The position numbers and the translations under genes are program-made. The notes beneath the pieces are model-generated. The model was not told the DNA's origin, ran no database searches, and saw only the letters and a program-made list of their open reading frames with translations. 64,000 nt of DNA from a virus (taxonomy: Duplodnaviria > Caudoviricetes). The DNA lies in IMG/VR virus record IMGVR_UViG_3300023213_000432, positions 192,001 to 256,000 of that record; one strand, given 5' to 3'. Positions 9,860-19,515 of this stretch are shown one piece after another (position 1 is the stretch's first letter; the number at the start of each line of letters is the position of its first letter).

Positions 9860-9880
9860 CAGGCAAAGTGTGTTGTATAG

Positions 9881-10213
9881 ATGTTTCGATCCTGCGAATG
9901 GAAATATATAGGGTATGATGACAACGTAAATCTATGACGATACGAAATAATTATCGTGGATGATGATTTTACTGAAACCGCCGTCTCTGACAACGGCGAT
10001 CCTTACTCCATGGTCGGCGCTGCCTCCGCCCTGATCGATATTTACTCTCGAAGAAATCTCAATGTAGCTGGCAATCTAGTGTTGTTGATGCAATATATAG
10101 AAAATAAATGGTCATGGCAAGATATTAAATGTCAAATTAGATGGTATCAGAAATACATTCCTGAATATCAGAAATGCCACGATCAAGTGATGGACTATCT
10201 GGTATTTATGTGA
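9881..10213 (+). pseudogene. Orphan paralog family copy 2 with in-frame TGA
   Basis: ATG 9881 gives MFRSCEWKYIGYDDNVNL*RYEIIIVDDDFT; TGA at 9935-9937 where copy 4 has Trp (QWRHE). Confidence 0.75.
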
Positions 10214-10222
10214 AAAAGTAAA

Positions 10223-10549
10223 ATGTTTCAATCTTGCGCGCTTAAATATTTAAGCTATTCTCCACAAACAAATTGGAAGCGATACACAATTACCATTGTA
10301 GATGATACCTTTACTGAAACCGTTAGTTGTTATGCTGCTGGAGAAGCTTATGCTGTCGTTTCCGTTCTAATTAATATTTATTCTCAAAAAAATCTCAATG
10401 TAGCTAGTAATTTAGCCTTACTAATGCAACATTTGGAGCGTAAATGGGCATCAATTAATATTAAATGGCAAATAGAGTATTATCAAAAATACGTTCCCGG
10501 ATATCAGAAATACCACGATCAAGTAATGGAATATTTAGTATTTTTGTGA
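10223..10549 (+). CDS. Orphan paralog family protein, copy 3
   Basis: IVDDTFTE, IYSQKNLNVASNL, KYHDQVMEYL. Confidence 0.8.
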   Translation: MFQSCALKYLSYSPQTNWKRYTITIVDDTFTETVSCYAAGEAYAVVSVLINIYSQKNLNVASNLALLMQHLERKWASINIKWQIEYYQKYVPGYQKYHDQVMEYLVFL

Positions 10550-10563
10550 GGAAATGATATTAA

Positions 10564-10728
10564 ATGAAAATTCTTAAGTGTGCCCTTTGTTATGGCGAAG
10601 TCGATGTTGTTGGCGGAGAACGATCTATCAACAAAAAGATTAAATGTCAAAAATGCGGCTTCTCCAATCAAGAAGAAAAGCCGCATCCTGAAGTGATGGT
10701 TATTCGAAAACGAATAATGACAGATTAA
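10564..10728 (+). CDS. Small zinc-ribbon protein (54 aa, not in ORF track)
   Basis: MKILKCALC...KCQKCGF read from the sequence. Confidence 0.6.
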   Translation: MKILKCALCYGEVDVVGGERSINKKIKCQKCGFSNQEEKPHPEVMVIRKRIMTD

Positions 10729-10928
10729 CCGAAGATTTTCTTCCACAAAGATTTGAGGTTATCAATTATTGTTTTGACAAAGGCTATGACAACTGGTATT
10801 TGGTCTTTAAGATATGCGACGAACATGACGAGAACCATCAAAAAAGTTAGCAATGAAATCATGGGTGTGTTCCTGTGGTATAGATTCGGCTTCCAAGATT
10901 ATGCTTAAAAATTGATAATTCGTTAGAA

Positions 10929-13037
10929 CTAGTCAATGATTTGATGCTTGTTGGCTCGATACCATTCGATGGTTTGTTGGAGTCCAGTGCGAAGATCGGT
11001 GGAGGCTGTCCAGTTGAGGAGGGTTTTGGCGCGTGAGATATCGAGACATCTTCTAGGCTGACCATCTGACACTTCATTTGTGAAGATCGCGTTTCCAGTA
11101 AAACCGGTTAGTTCTTTGATAAGGTGAGCTAATTTATAGATGGAAATTTCTTTGCCAGTGCCCAAGTTGATGGGAAGATTGGTATCCAACTTGATGTTAA
11201 TGGCTTTAGTAATGGCGTCGGCACAATCCGACACGTGCAAAAATTCTCTGGTAGCTGCTCCTGAGCCCCAGCATTCCACAACAGGAAGGTTCTTTTCAAT
11301 AGCAGTATCAAATTTTCGAATTAATGCAGGAATGACGTGACTATTAGTAAGATCGAAATGATCGTGATTCCCAAACATGTTAGTTGGAATGAGATGAGCG
11401 CCTTTGATACCATATTGTTGTCGATAAGTTTGTCCTAACATCATGAGCGTTCTCTTACTCTGTGAGTAGGGAAAATTGGTTTCCTCTGCGGCACCGTTCC
11501 AAATGTCATCTTCTTTGAAAGGAACAGAACAGTATTTAGGATATGAACAATTATGAACAATTAATCCGTTAATATTATAGGTTTCGTTGGTGGTACTAAA
11601 ATTATATATATCAATATTTTGACGATAAATTTCTTTTTTAGACAAAACAGGAATGCACCAATCTGTAACATTATCATATGAATTGCATTCTACATTATAT
11701 CTGCTCCTTTTGGTTTTAGGATGTAAAAATTCTCTATATTCTGGGAAAAAGTCGTTGACTAATTTTTTACAAAATGAACCAGAGTATTTTAGCGTCCATG
11801 AACCGTTGCCTTGTATTTTTCTGGATTTAATATAAGAAATTGTTGGTTTTCGGTAATGAATCGATCCATAATATCCTAAAGAAAGTATCAAATCACGGAC
11901 TTGATAAATAAGGTTCTGTGAAGCACTTGTCATTTGAACAGTATTTATAAATTGCCCATTTGCATACTTTCTTCGACTAATGTGCCCATCTCCCATTATG
12001 TATGCTTTAAGAAATGAAATTTTCATTTCTCGTTCCAAATTATAAATCCAGCTTGGAATTTTTTTATAATGGCAAGTTTTTCTGGGAGCATTTTCCAAGT
12101 AAAAATTATCATGTAAAAATTCTTGTAGTTGTTTTGAACTAAAATCTAATCTATAACCTTTTTGATTACGACAGTGATTAACGCGAAGGGTTCTTTTGAA
12201 AAGTTTTTTAGTTATTTTTTGTAAAGCATCAATTGTTGGCTGTTCATTTTCTCCTAAATAAATGCTAATTTCGCCAGTGTGTGTTGCTGCATAGCCTTCC
12301 GCCAAATACCACCCAAAAAATTCCATCAACTCTTTTGTTATTTCTATTGTAGTATCTAGCGCAACTGTTTTATTATTCAAATTTTTTGTTCTCCAAGAAT
12401 TATTTATATTGTTTAATTTAATATTTGTAATTTTGTTGGATGAATCTGTTGTTTGAAGAACCAAATGATCATTTGATTTCAAATTTTGCGCAGGCACCCA
12501 TGTAATGTTATTGTTCCTTTTAACGAGAAATGGATGTTCTGGGGTAGTTGTGATTTTTTCTCCTCCAAAACTTCTTATTTCTATTAAATTACCAGTATAA
12601 ATTTGACGAATTAATTTTTCTATTTTAGCTGGACGATCTTTACCAATCACAAAATCATTGAGTTTTATATTATCAATTTGAATATATGTTAAATTATTTA
12701 GTTTAACCAAACAATCTTTTGTAAAACAAACTGTTCCAAGCGAATAAACATAGGGGATATTGTGTTTCCTAGCACATTCAAAAATGTTAAGTGCCATTTG
12801 AGTATTATCTCGGAGAAAATCCGCAGGATTATTTTTATTTGCTAAAATGCCTCCGCACTTGGCTGCGAGATGTAGGATTGCATCTGGGTTTTCTAACCAT
12901 ATAGAATTCAATTCGACATTAGGATTTAATAGATTAAGAGCTTTGCTTGACGGAGCAATAACTTGATGTTCTATTTTTAATTTCTCGATTACAGGTTTTC
13001 CGAGAAAACCGTTTCCGCCAGTTACTAAGATTTTCAT
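10929..13037 (-). CDS. fcl: GDP-L-fucose synthase (GDP-4-keto-6-deoxymannose 3,5-epimerase/4-reductase) containing an intein
   Basis: GGNGFLG, HLAAKCGGI..N...PADF, SLGTV|CSYPK, YSQSK, SHVIPAL, WGSGAATREF. Removing the intein leaves ~309 aa. Confidence 0.93.
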   Translation of the reverse strand: MKILVTGGNGFLGKPVIEKLKIEHQVIAPSSKALNLLNPNVELNSIWLENPDAILHLAAKCGGILANKNNPADFLRDNTQMALNIFECARKHNIPYVYSLGTVCFTKDCLVKLNNLTYIQIDNIKLNDFVIGKDRPAKIEKLIRQIYTGNLIEIRSFGGEKITTTPEHPFLVKRNNNITWVPAQNLKSNDHLVLQTTDSSNKITNIKLNNINNSWRTKNLNNKTVALDTTIEITKELMEFFGWYLAEGYAATHTGEISIYLGENEQPTIDALQKITKKLFKRTLRVNHCRNQKGYRLDFSSKQLQEFLHDNFYLENAPRKTCHYKKIPSWIYNLEREMKISFLKAYIMGDGHISRRKYANGQFINTVQMTSASQNLIYQVRDLILSLGYYGSIHYRKPTISYIKSRKIQGNGSWTLKYSGSFCKKLVNDFFPEYREFLHPKTKRSRYNVECNSYDNVTDWCIPVLSKKEIYRQNIDIYNFSTTNETYNINGLIVHNCSYPKYCSVPFKEDDIWNGAAEETNFPYSQSKRTLMMLGQTYRQQYGIKGAHLIPTNMFGNHDHFDLTNSHVIPALIRKFDTAIEKNLPVVECWGSGAATREFLHVSDCADAITKAINIKLDTNLPINLGTGKEISIYKLAHLIKELTGFTGNAIFTNEVSDGQPRRCLDISRAKTLLNWTASTDLRTGLQQTIEWYRANKHQIID
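11550..12728 (-). mobile_element. Intein (393 aa) with LAGLIDADG homing endonuclease in fcl
   Basis: Starts CFTKDCLV, block B TTPEHPFL, LAGLIDADG-like FGWYLAEGY and KAYIMGDGH, ends IYNFST...GLIVHN, +1 Cys. Confidence 0.93.
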
Positions 13038-13084
13038 TTTATTAAACTCCAATTTTCTTTAGTTCTAAATATATCTTTTTTCAC

Positions 13085-14044
13085 TTATATTGAAGCCATA
13101 CATTCTTCAATCATTTCATCAATAATATCATCCACTGTATATTTTGCTTTCCACCCTAATTCTTTTTGGATTTTACTACTGTCTGGATCTAACTGATCCA
13201 CTTCATTAGGTCTATAATATTTGCTGGATACTTTTACATAATCTTTCCAATTTAATCCAAGTTTAGTAAAAACTTTTTCAATGAATTCTTGAACGGTAAT
13301 CATTGGATTGGAGCCAATGACATAATCTTTTGGTTCTGCTGCATTCATCATCAGCAGCATCCCATCAATCACATCATTAACATGGTTCCAACTACGACGC
13401 GCCTCAATATTACCAATAACTAATTCTTTTTGTAATCCTTTTGATATTTTGCAAGCTGCCTGACACACCTTCATAGTTAGAAAGGTAGGAGATCGTTTTT
13501 TACTTTCGTGGTTAAACGATACGCTGTTAATCGCGAATAATCCATATGCCGTTCGATAATTTTTAACTGTCCAGTAAGCGGCAAGTTTGGCCACGCCATA
13601 TGGGCTTTGCGGATGCATCGCGGTTTCTTCGTTTTGAGGAGCTTTGGAACTGCCAAAAAGTTCAGAAGTTGAAGCCTGTAGAAACCTGGTTTTAGGACTA
13701 TATAATCTAATTGCTTCCAAGCATCTGATGACTCCACCACCATCAACATTTAGAACATAATCAGGAAGATCAAAACTTACTTTAACGTGAGACAAAGCTC
13801 CCAAATTAAAAAAGTAATCTGGTTTGCTGCTGCTTATAAAAGAATTTACACTGCCAGTATCTGATAGATCACCATATGATAGTTCAAGATTAGGATGATT
13901 GAATATGTGTTCAATTCTTTCTGTGTTGAAAGAGCTGCTTTTACGGATCATACCAAAAACTTGATACCCATCATTAAGCAATCTTTCAGCCAAAATAGAG
14001 CCGCATTGTCCCGTAATACCCGTAATTGCCGCCACTTTACTCAT
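13085..14044 (-). CDS. gmd: GDP-mannose 4,6-dehydratase
   Basis: ITGITGQCG, SHVKVSF, QASTSELFG, SPYGVAK, FNHES. Confidence 0.93.
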   Translation of the reverse strand: MSKVAAITGITGQCGSILAERLLNDGYQVFGMIRKSSSFNTERIEHIFNHPNLELSYGDLSDTGSVNSFISSSKPDYFFNLGALSHVKVSFDLPDYVLNVDGGGVIRCLEAIRLYSPKTRFLQASTSELFGSSKAPQNEETAMHPQSPYGVAKLAAYWTVKNYRTAYGLFAINSVSFNHESKKRSPTFLTMKVCQAACKISKGLQKELVIGNIEARRSWNHVNDVIDGMLLMMNAAEPKDYVIGSNPMITVQEFIEKVFTKLGLNWKDYVKVSSKYYRPNEVDQLDPDSSKIQKELGWKAKYTVDDIIDEMIEECMASI

Positions 14045-14965
14045 TTATTCTGCCTCTTCTTCCTCATATATCGTCTTAAAATATTCTATCGTCTTCTCAA
14101 TGCCCCTTTCCAAATCCCATTGAGGTTTCCATCCTTTTGCTTGAAGCTTCTCAGAAGATAATCTTGTATGCATCAATTCTCCCTTAATCGCTTCTCCATA
14201 AACAATTTTAGATTGACTTCCTGTTTTCTCCAAAATCATTTTAGTCACCTCATTGACACTAGTTTGCGTATTAGAGCTGACATTGTAGGTTCCTTCCAAA
14301 TCCATTGCCAAAAGATTGGCTTGAACAACCGAATAACAATCGATAAAATCTCTGGTTGCCTCACCTGAACCAAAGATTACGAGATCTTCCCCCTTTAACG
14401 CTTTCTCAATAAAAATGGAAATTATTCCAGCTTCGCCCTTACTGTTTTGGCGCGGGCCGTAGCAATTAGAATATCGTAGAGCGACATAGGGCAGATTATA
14501 CAATGCTAAATACTTTTCCACCGTCAATTTTGCCAATCCATATGGACTTTGAGGGTTGCACTCGGATGTTTCCTTCCATGGAAGAGGCGCCTTAGGAGAA
14601 TAGATGGCTCCCCCCGTTGAGGAAAAAATTAATTTCTTCACACTCGTCCTCACACAGTTTTCTATAATGTTGAGACTGCCCACAATATTAGTACTAGCGT
14701 CAAAGCGAGGTTCTTTGATAGAGTGGCGCAGATTTATTTGGGCAGCTAAATGGAAAACATAATCAAAATGGTGTTTATCAAAGATTTTACGAATCATCGC
14801 AGGATCAGTAATATCTTCTTTGTAAAAGGCGACGGGCGAATGAAGATTATCAAGGGAACCAGTGGAAAGGTTATCAATTACTACTATTTGATGAGATTGT
14901 TGAGCCAACGCATCTACTAAATGAGACCCGATAAATCCGCAACCTCCCGTGATTAAAATTTGCAT
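14045..14965 (-). CDS. NAD-dependent epimerase (UDP-Glc/GlcNAc 4-epimerase-like)
   Basis: GGCGFIGSH, HLAAQ, SSTGGAIY, SPYGLAK, YGPRQ..GEAG. Confidence 0.88.
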   Translation of the reverse strand: MQILITGGCGFIGSHLVDALAQQSHQIVVIDNLSTGSLDNLHSPVAFYKEDITDPAMIRKIFDKHHFDYVFHLAAQINLRHSIKEPRFDASTNIVGSLNIIENCVRTSVKKLIFSSTGGAIYSPKAPLPWKETSECNPQSPYGLAKLTVEKYLALYNLPYVALRYSNCYGPRQNSKGEAGIISIFIEKALKGEDLVIFGSGEATRDFIDCYSVVQANLLAMDLEGTYNVSSNTQTSVNEVTKMILEKTGSQSKIVYGEAIKGELMHTRLSSEKLQAKGWKPQWDLERGIEKTIEYFKTIYEEEEAE

Positions 14966-15927
14966 GTTGCCTCTTTTTGAGCTAGTTCTAAATCGTAATC
15001 CACCATTTCTTTTATTAAGTCAGTAAAGCTATATTTAGCTTTCCAATTCAGATGAGTTTGAATTTTGGTAATGTTGCCGCATAGAGTGTTTTCTGTAGTG
15101 TTCCTAAGAAATTTAGGATCTATCAAGACATAATCTTTCCAGTTTAAATCACAATATTCAAAAGCCAACTCTACCAATTCTTGGATCGAATGAGTCTGTC
15201 CAGAAGCAACAACAAAATCATCAGCTTGATGGTGAGTAATAATTTTGTAAATGGCTTCGGCGGTATCTTGGGCATGACTGAAATCGCGACATGATTGTAA
15301 ATTGCCAAGAGTGAGCGTCTTTTGCAAACCATATTTGATCCGAGCGGCTCCTTTGGTAATTTTACGAAAAACATATTCTTCGCTGCGGCGAGGACTTTCA
15401 CTATTAAAACAGATAGCATTACAAGCGAATACCCCCGTTTTGCGATAAGCTATGGTTGCCTGATACCCAATAAACTTAGCTTGAGCATAAGGGGATTGAG
15501 GATCTAATGGGCTAATTTCATTTTGAGGTGCCGGACTACTACCAAACATCAGGGCACTTCCCAGAGTAATAAAACGAGTGAATGGACTGTATTGTTGAAT
15601 GGCTTGCAAACAGGAAGAAACCGCATTGCCCGTGGCTTTCATGGTGTATTCTGCATTATCAAAAGAAGAGACAACGTTGGATTGTGCTGCACAATTGATA
15701 AAAAAATCAGGACATTTGCTAGCTAAACTATTAACAAAAGGCACATAAGTGATGTCTCCGGAGATAAGAGACAATTTAGAATCAGAAAGTAATGGCTCCA
15801 TGTATGTTGGCATGGGCTTGTCGAGATTATGAATTACCCCCCAGACTTCGTAATTTGCTTTCAAAAAAAGTTCGGTCAAATATGATCCAATTTGACCGGT
15901 AACGCCAGTAATACAAACAGTCGGCAT
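14953..15927 (-). CDS. Second GMD-like SDR lacking the catalytic Glu (possible Rmd-type reductase)
   Basis: ITGVTGQIG, SPYAQAK, FNSESPRR; LGSALMFG replaces ASTSELFG. Confidence 0.8.
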   Translation of the reverse strand: MPTVCITGVTGQIGSYLTELFLKANYEVWGVIHNLDKPMPTYMEPLLSDSKLSLISGDITYVPFVNSLASKCPDFFINCAAQSNVVSSFDNAEYTMKATGNAVSSCLQAIQQYSPFTRFITLGSALMFGSSPAPQNEISPLDPQSPYAQAKFIGYQATIAYRKTGVFACNAICFNSESPRRSEEYVFRKITKGAARIKYGLQKTLTLGNLQSCRDFSHAQDTAEAIYKIITHHQADDFVVASGQTHSIQELVELAFEYCDLNWKDYVLIDPKFLRNTTENTLCGNITKIQTHLNWKAKYSFTDLIKEMVDYDLELAQKEATCKF

Positions 15928-15980
15928 ATCGCGGTATATATCGTGGGTAGATGTGAATTTCTAAAATTAGTGAGAGAAAC

Positions 15981-16601
15981 ATGCAGATAGAGTTTCAAGG
16001 ACAAGCCCGCCAAGATGAATTTGTTGCCAATATTTTGAATTTTAAAGAAGATGGATATTATTTGGACATCGGAAGTTGTGATGCAATTTCTACCAGTAAT
16101 ACTTATTACCTCGAATCATTAGGATGGAATGGGATTTGCGTAGAAATTGATCCACAACATGTCAAAAGTTATGATGCTCGAACGTGTTATTTCGTGAATG
16201 GTGATGCTACTCAACTTGATTATAAGGATTTGTTGGATCGAAGAAATTATCCACCACACATTGATTATTTATCATTGGACGTGGATGAATTAAGCACCGC
16301 AGTTCTCCAGAAATTACCCCTCGACGATTACAGATTTAATATCATTACTATCGAACATGATTTTTATCGACTTGGTGGTGAATTCCGAGATATTCAAAGA
16401 GGTCTTTTACATAAACATGGGTATTCACTATTATTTGCAGATGTATTAGTGCCGCTCAACGACGAATTCCCGCCTGACTGCGCTTTTGAGGATTGGTGGA
16501 TTGATCCCACAACTTTTGATATGGAGATCATGAAGAAGTTAAGCGCGGAAAAATTATACCCCAAACAAATAATTGATGTCCTCAAGGAATCCAAATCATG
16601 A
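15981..16601 (+). CDS. FkbM-like SAM methyltransferase
   Basis: QARQDEFV, YYLDIGS, IDYLSLDVD. Confidence 0.8.
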   Translation: MQIEFQGQARQDEFVANILNFKEDGYYLDIGSCDAISTSNTYYLESLGWNGICVEIDPQHVKSYDARTCYFVNGDATQLDYKDLLDRRNYPPHIDYLSLDVDELSTAVLQKLPLDDYRFNIITIEHDFYRLGGEFRDIQRGLLHKHGYSLLFADVLVPLNDEFPPDCAFEDWWIDPTTFDMEIMKKLSAEKLYPKQIIDVLKESKS

Positions 16602-17344
16602 TTAATATATATACTATCCAATTCAATGATGCCGATTATTTACGATGGCAACATCGAACTTTTGAAAGATTTTGTAAGGACGCTTATCGAATAATTTGCA
16701 TCAACAATGCCTATGATAATTGGCGTAATAAAGAAGAAATTCGAACCACAGCCGTCGAATTAGGAATAGAACACCATTTTCCTCAAGGCGTCAATAATGT
16801 TAAAGGTGGGTGGGCTCATCAATCTGCTCTCAATTGGACTTGGCGTAACCTTATCATTCATAACAATGACATTAACATGATTTTAGATCATGATATGTTT
16901 TTAATCCGAGATTTTTCTTGTGCAGGCATGCAAGAAGATGTTTGGAGCGTGATGCAAGGGCGCGGAGGTCATATTAGATATTTTTGGCCCGGATTTATGG
17001 TAGTCAATAACACTCTAAGAGATAAAGAGACAGCGGATTTTACTGGCGGGATAATTGATGGTCATCCATGCGATAGTGGCGGCAACTGGCATCACTATCT
17101 TCAAAGGCACCCAGATCTCAAGATTAAAGGGTTATCGATGGTGCATATTTGTGCGGAACAAGGCAACCTAGATGTATTACCTCCTGAGATTTTGGGCGAA
17201 TATGATGATAAAATCGATCCTATCCAAATACTGGAAAATCATACCATTCATTTTCGGAATGGTTCCAATTGGGCACAGAATCCTAATATTGGAAAAAAGA
17301 AAGAACACCTTATCAAAATTCTTAATTTTTATTTAAATAAATGA
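16598..17344 (+). CDS. Orphan glycosyltransferase-like protein
   Basis: LDHDMF DxD-like motif; related to 20486..21328. Confidence 0.55.
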   Translation: MINIYTIQFNDADYLRWQHRTFERFCKDAYRIICINNAYDNWRNKEEIRTTAVELGIEHHFPQGVNNVKGGWAHQSALNWTWRNLIIHNNDINMILDHDMFLIRDFSCAGMQEDVWSVMQGRGGHIRYFWPGFMVVNNTLRDKETADFTGGIIDGHPCDSGGNWHHYLQRHPDLKIKGLSMVHICAEQGNLDVLPPEILGEYDDKIDPIQILENHTIHFRNGSNWAQNPNIGKKKEHLIKILNFYLNK

Positions 17345-18312
17345 GCGAAATTAAAGTTGTCATTTTTGTAGTCACATTTAATCGTCTAAACACTCTTCGG
17401 AGATCGCTAGATGCTTATCGGGGATTTGCCACTCCACACGAAATTGTTATCATCAATAATGGCACCGATGATCCTCATGCGCTAGAATACCTTAATTCAT
17501 TGCCATATAAAGTTTATACTTTTCCTCAAATCTTTACCACCGATGCATTGGGGGCTAATATCGCTGCTGGTGTTCGAAAATATTATGACGAAGGCAACTA
17601 TGCTCCCTACTATGCAGTTTCGGATTGCGATATTTGCTTTGAAGGCGCACCACACAACACTTTAGATGCGTATATCGATTTATACCAAGCACTCGGTGGC
17701 AGATTTAATGTTGGCCCTGCCTTGATGATTGATCAGATACCTAACCACTATCCTCTAAAAAACAAAGCTATCATTGATAGTGCGTTTGATTTGCTTCCAC
17801 GTAATCAAAGAACATGGAACGGCATCCAATACAGTGAAGTTCCGATCGATACTACTTTTTGTTTATTTAGCGCTTCCAATACTCATTTTAGACGGCTGAC
17901 TAACACTATTCGTGTTAATAAGCCATACGCCGCCCACCATCTTGATTGGTATATTGACATTCGGAGCCCACAAGAAGATCAGGTGCGATACATGTTCAAG
18001 AAAAGTCCGATTGGTTCCTCAGGCGGCACCTATATTTCTGGTATGTATGAAGATTTACGAGTATCTCCAGAATATGCTTTTCAAAAAAGAATTGGAGAAT
18101 GGTCAAATAGAGAGCTTGCCTCATATTACATCGAGCCATATAATATTGCGTGGATGCTTCAATTTGGAATTGGATGCCAACAAGATATTGCTGAATCAAA
18201 AAGATGGATGACCAAAATGATTAAAACTTATGGAATTCATAAGGTAGATAAAATTTCCAATGAAGACTACTTTAAAATGATCTATGAGAACGATTTTGGA
18301 TGCCTCCGATGA
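17341..18312 (+). CDS. GT2-like glycosyltransferase
   Basis: VVTFNR, IINNG, SDCD, IDTTF. Confidence 0.7.
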   Translation: MSEIKVVIFVVTFNRLNTLRRSLDAYRGFATPHEIVIINNGTDDPHALEYLNSLPYKVYTFPQIFTTDALGANIAAGVRKYYDEGNYAPYYAVSDCDICFEGAPHNTLDAYIDLYQALGGRFNVGPALMIDQIPNHYPLKNKAIIDSAFDLLPRNQRTWNGIQYSEVPIDTTFCLFSASNTHFRRLTNTIRVNKPYAAHHLDWYIDIRSPQEDQVRYMFKKSPIGSSGGTYISGMYEDLRVSPEYAFQKRIGEWSNRELASYYIEPYNIAWMLQFGIGCQQDIAESKRWMTKMIKTYGIHKVDKISNEDYFKMIYENDFGCLR

Positions 18313-18977
18313 TTGCTATTTTTTGTCATATTTTTTATTCAAGAACATGGACTGATATTCGAGAGAGGTTAAGAAATTTTCCATTTCCTTTCAATCTTTA
18401 TATTAATCTTGTTGAGGGTCATTCTAGTCCGCTACTCAATATCATCGTTGCAGAGTTTCCGAGCGCTAAGATTCAGATTTCTCCCAATCAAGGAATGGAT
18501 CCCGGCGGACAACTTTGCACCCTCAATTATTGGTTAAAAGAAGGAGAAAACGAAGATTTTTTAATTTTCATTCATTCCAAGAACGATGATAGTCTGCGGG
18601 ACTTAATGATGAGCATTATTACTCCAGAAAAAGCCAGAAAAGCGATGGAACTTTTTAATGATCCTCAAGTGGGGATGGTCGGCGTTCAAGAGTGGAATCT
18701 ATACCCGCCAAAAATGTATAGTGCTCCTATTCACTTTTGTGATTACTATTGTGAGAAACTTGGTTTGAATAATTTTGAAACTAATCGTTTTGGATTTATT
18801 GGTGGAACTCAATTTTGGGTGCGCTCTTCTATTTATCGCAAAGTTTTTCAAAATGCTCCTATTCTTGATATTGTCGGCGAACTTCCTCCCTATGAAACTG
18901 GAAGTAAAACTCATGCCTTAGAACGAATTTTTGGGTATATTGTTTTGAGCGAAGGATTTAAAATCGAAGGCGTCTGA
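18309..18977 (+). CDS. Rhamnan synthesis F (RgpF)-like protein
   Basis: NQGMDPGG, FIHSK, GGTQFW, HALERIFG. Confidence 0.72.
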   Translation: MIAIFCHIFYSRTWTDIRERLRNFPFPFNLYINLVEGHSSPLLNIIVAEFPSAKIQISPNQGMDPGGQLCTLNYWLKEGENEDFLIFIHSKNDDSLRDLMMSIITPEKARKAMELFNDPQVGMVGVQEWNLYPPKMYSAPIHFCDYYCEKLGLNNFETNRFGFIGGTQFWVRSSIYRKVFQNAPILDIVGELPPYETGSKTHALERIFGYIVLSEGFKIEGV

Positions 18978-18978
18978 C

Positions 18979-19515
18979 ATGACACTAAGAGAATTATTTT
19001 GGAGTAAAGGATCGTCTTACTATTTAACTGACAAAGACACCCATCATACTTATTTGGAGACATATTCTAAATTGTTCGGTAAATGGGAGAAAGAACCGAT
19101 TACTATTTTGGAAGTGGGAGTATATAAAGGTGGTAGCTTGAGACTATTTGAAGAATATTTTGTTAACGCTACCATTATTGGTTATGACATTAAGGATTGG
19201 GGCGATATTCAATGTAAACGAGCTACTCGTATTCTTAAAGATTTTGGACAAGTATCTTCCACAGAATTACCGGACAATATTACCATCGCTATTGAAGATG
19301 GGGCTCATGACTTTCATAGTCAGTTTGACTTTGTCAGAAAAGTGTGGCCTAAGATGGCATCAGGCGGAATTATGGTAATTGAAGATATTTTCACTCGCAA
19401 ATTGGGAGAGATGAAAACTGCTTTGGATGCTATTCGAATGCCGTATGAATTGCTAACATTTTATCCTCCAAAGGACGAGGATAACGATAACTTATTTATT
19501 ATTCGAAAAGATTAA
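18979..19515 (+). CDS. Class I SAM O-methyltransferase
   Basis: TDK..HHTY, LEVGV..GGS, IEDGAH, MVIEDI. Confidence 0.8.
   Translation: MTLRELFWSKGSSYYLTDKDTHHTYLETYSKLFGKWEKEPITILEVGVYKGGSLRLFEEYFVNATIIGYDIKDWGDIQCKRATRILKDFGQVSSTELPDNITIAIEDGAHDFHSQFDFVRKVWPKMASGGIMVIEDIFTRKLGEMKTALDAIRMPYELLTFYPPKDEDNDNLFIIRKD

Noticed and set aside
8552-9862. tnpB copies as IStrons (ends followed by CAG)
   Set aside because: Only ~110 nt lie between the left end and tnpB, too short for a group I core, and the 47203 remnant shows that the end is TTCAC.
9935-9937. TGA as programmed Trp or Sec readthrough in paralog copy 2
   Set aside because: No UCA tRNA or SECIS-like evidence in the window; a single TGG-to-TGA nonsense change next to an IS insertion is simpler.
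4509-10549. Paralog repeats as a diversity-generating retroelement TR/VR pair
   Set aside because: No reverse transcriptase in the window, and the differences are not confined to adenines.
10692-10907. Startless open frame (…DFLPQRFEVINYCFDKGYDNWYLVFKIC…)
   Set aside because: Protein-like, but no start codon until near its end and no recognisable motif; cannot be called.
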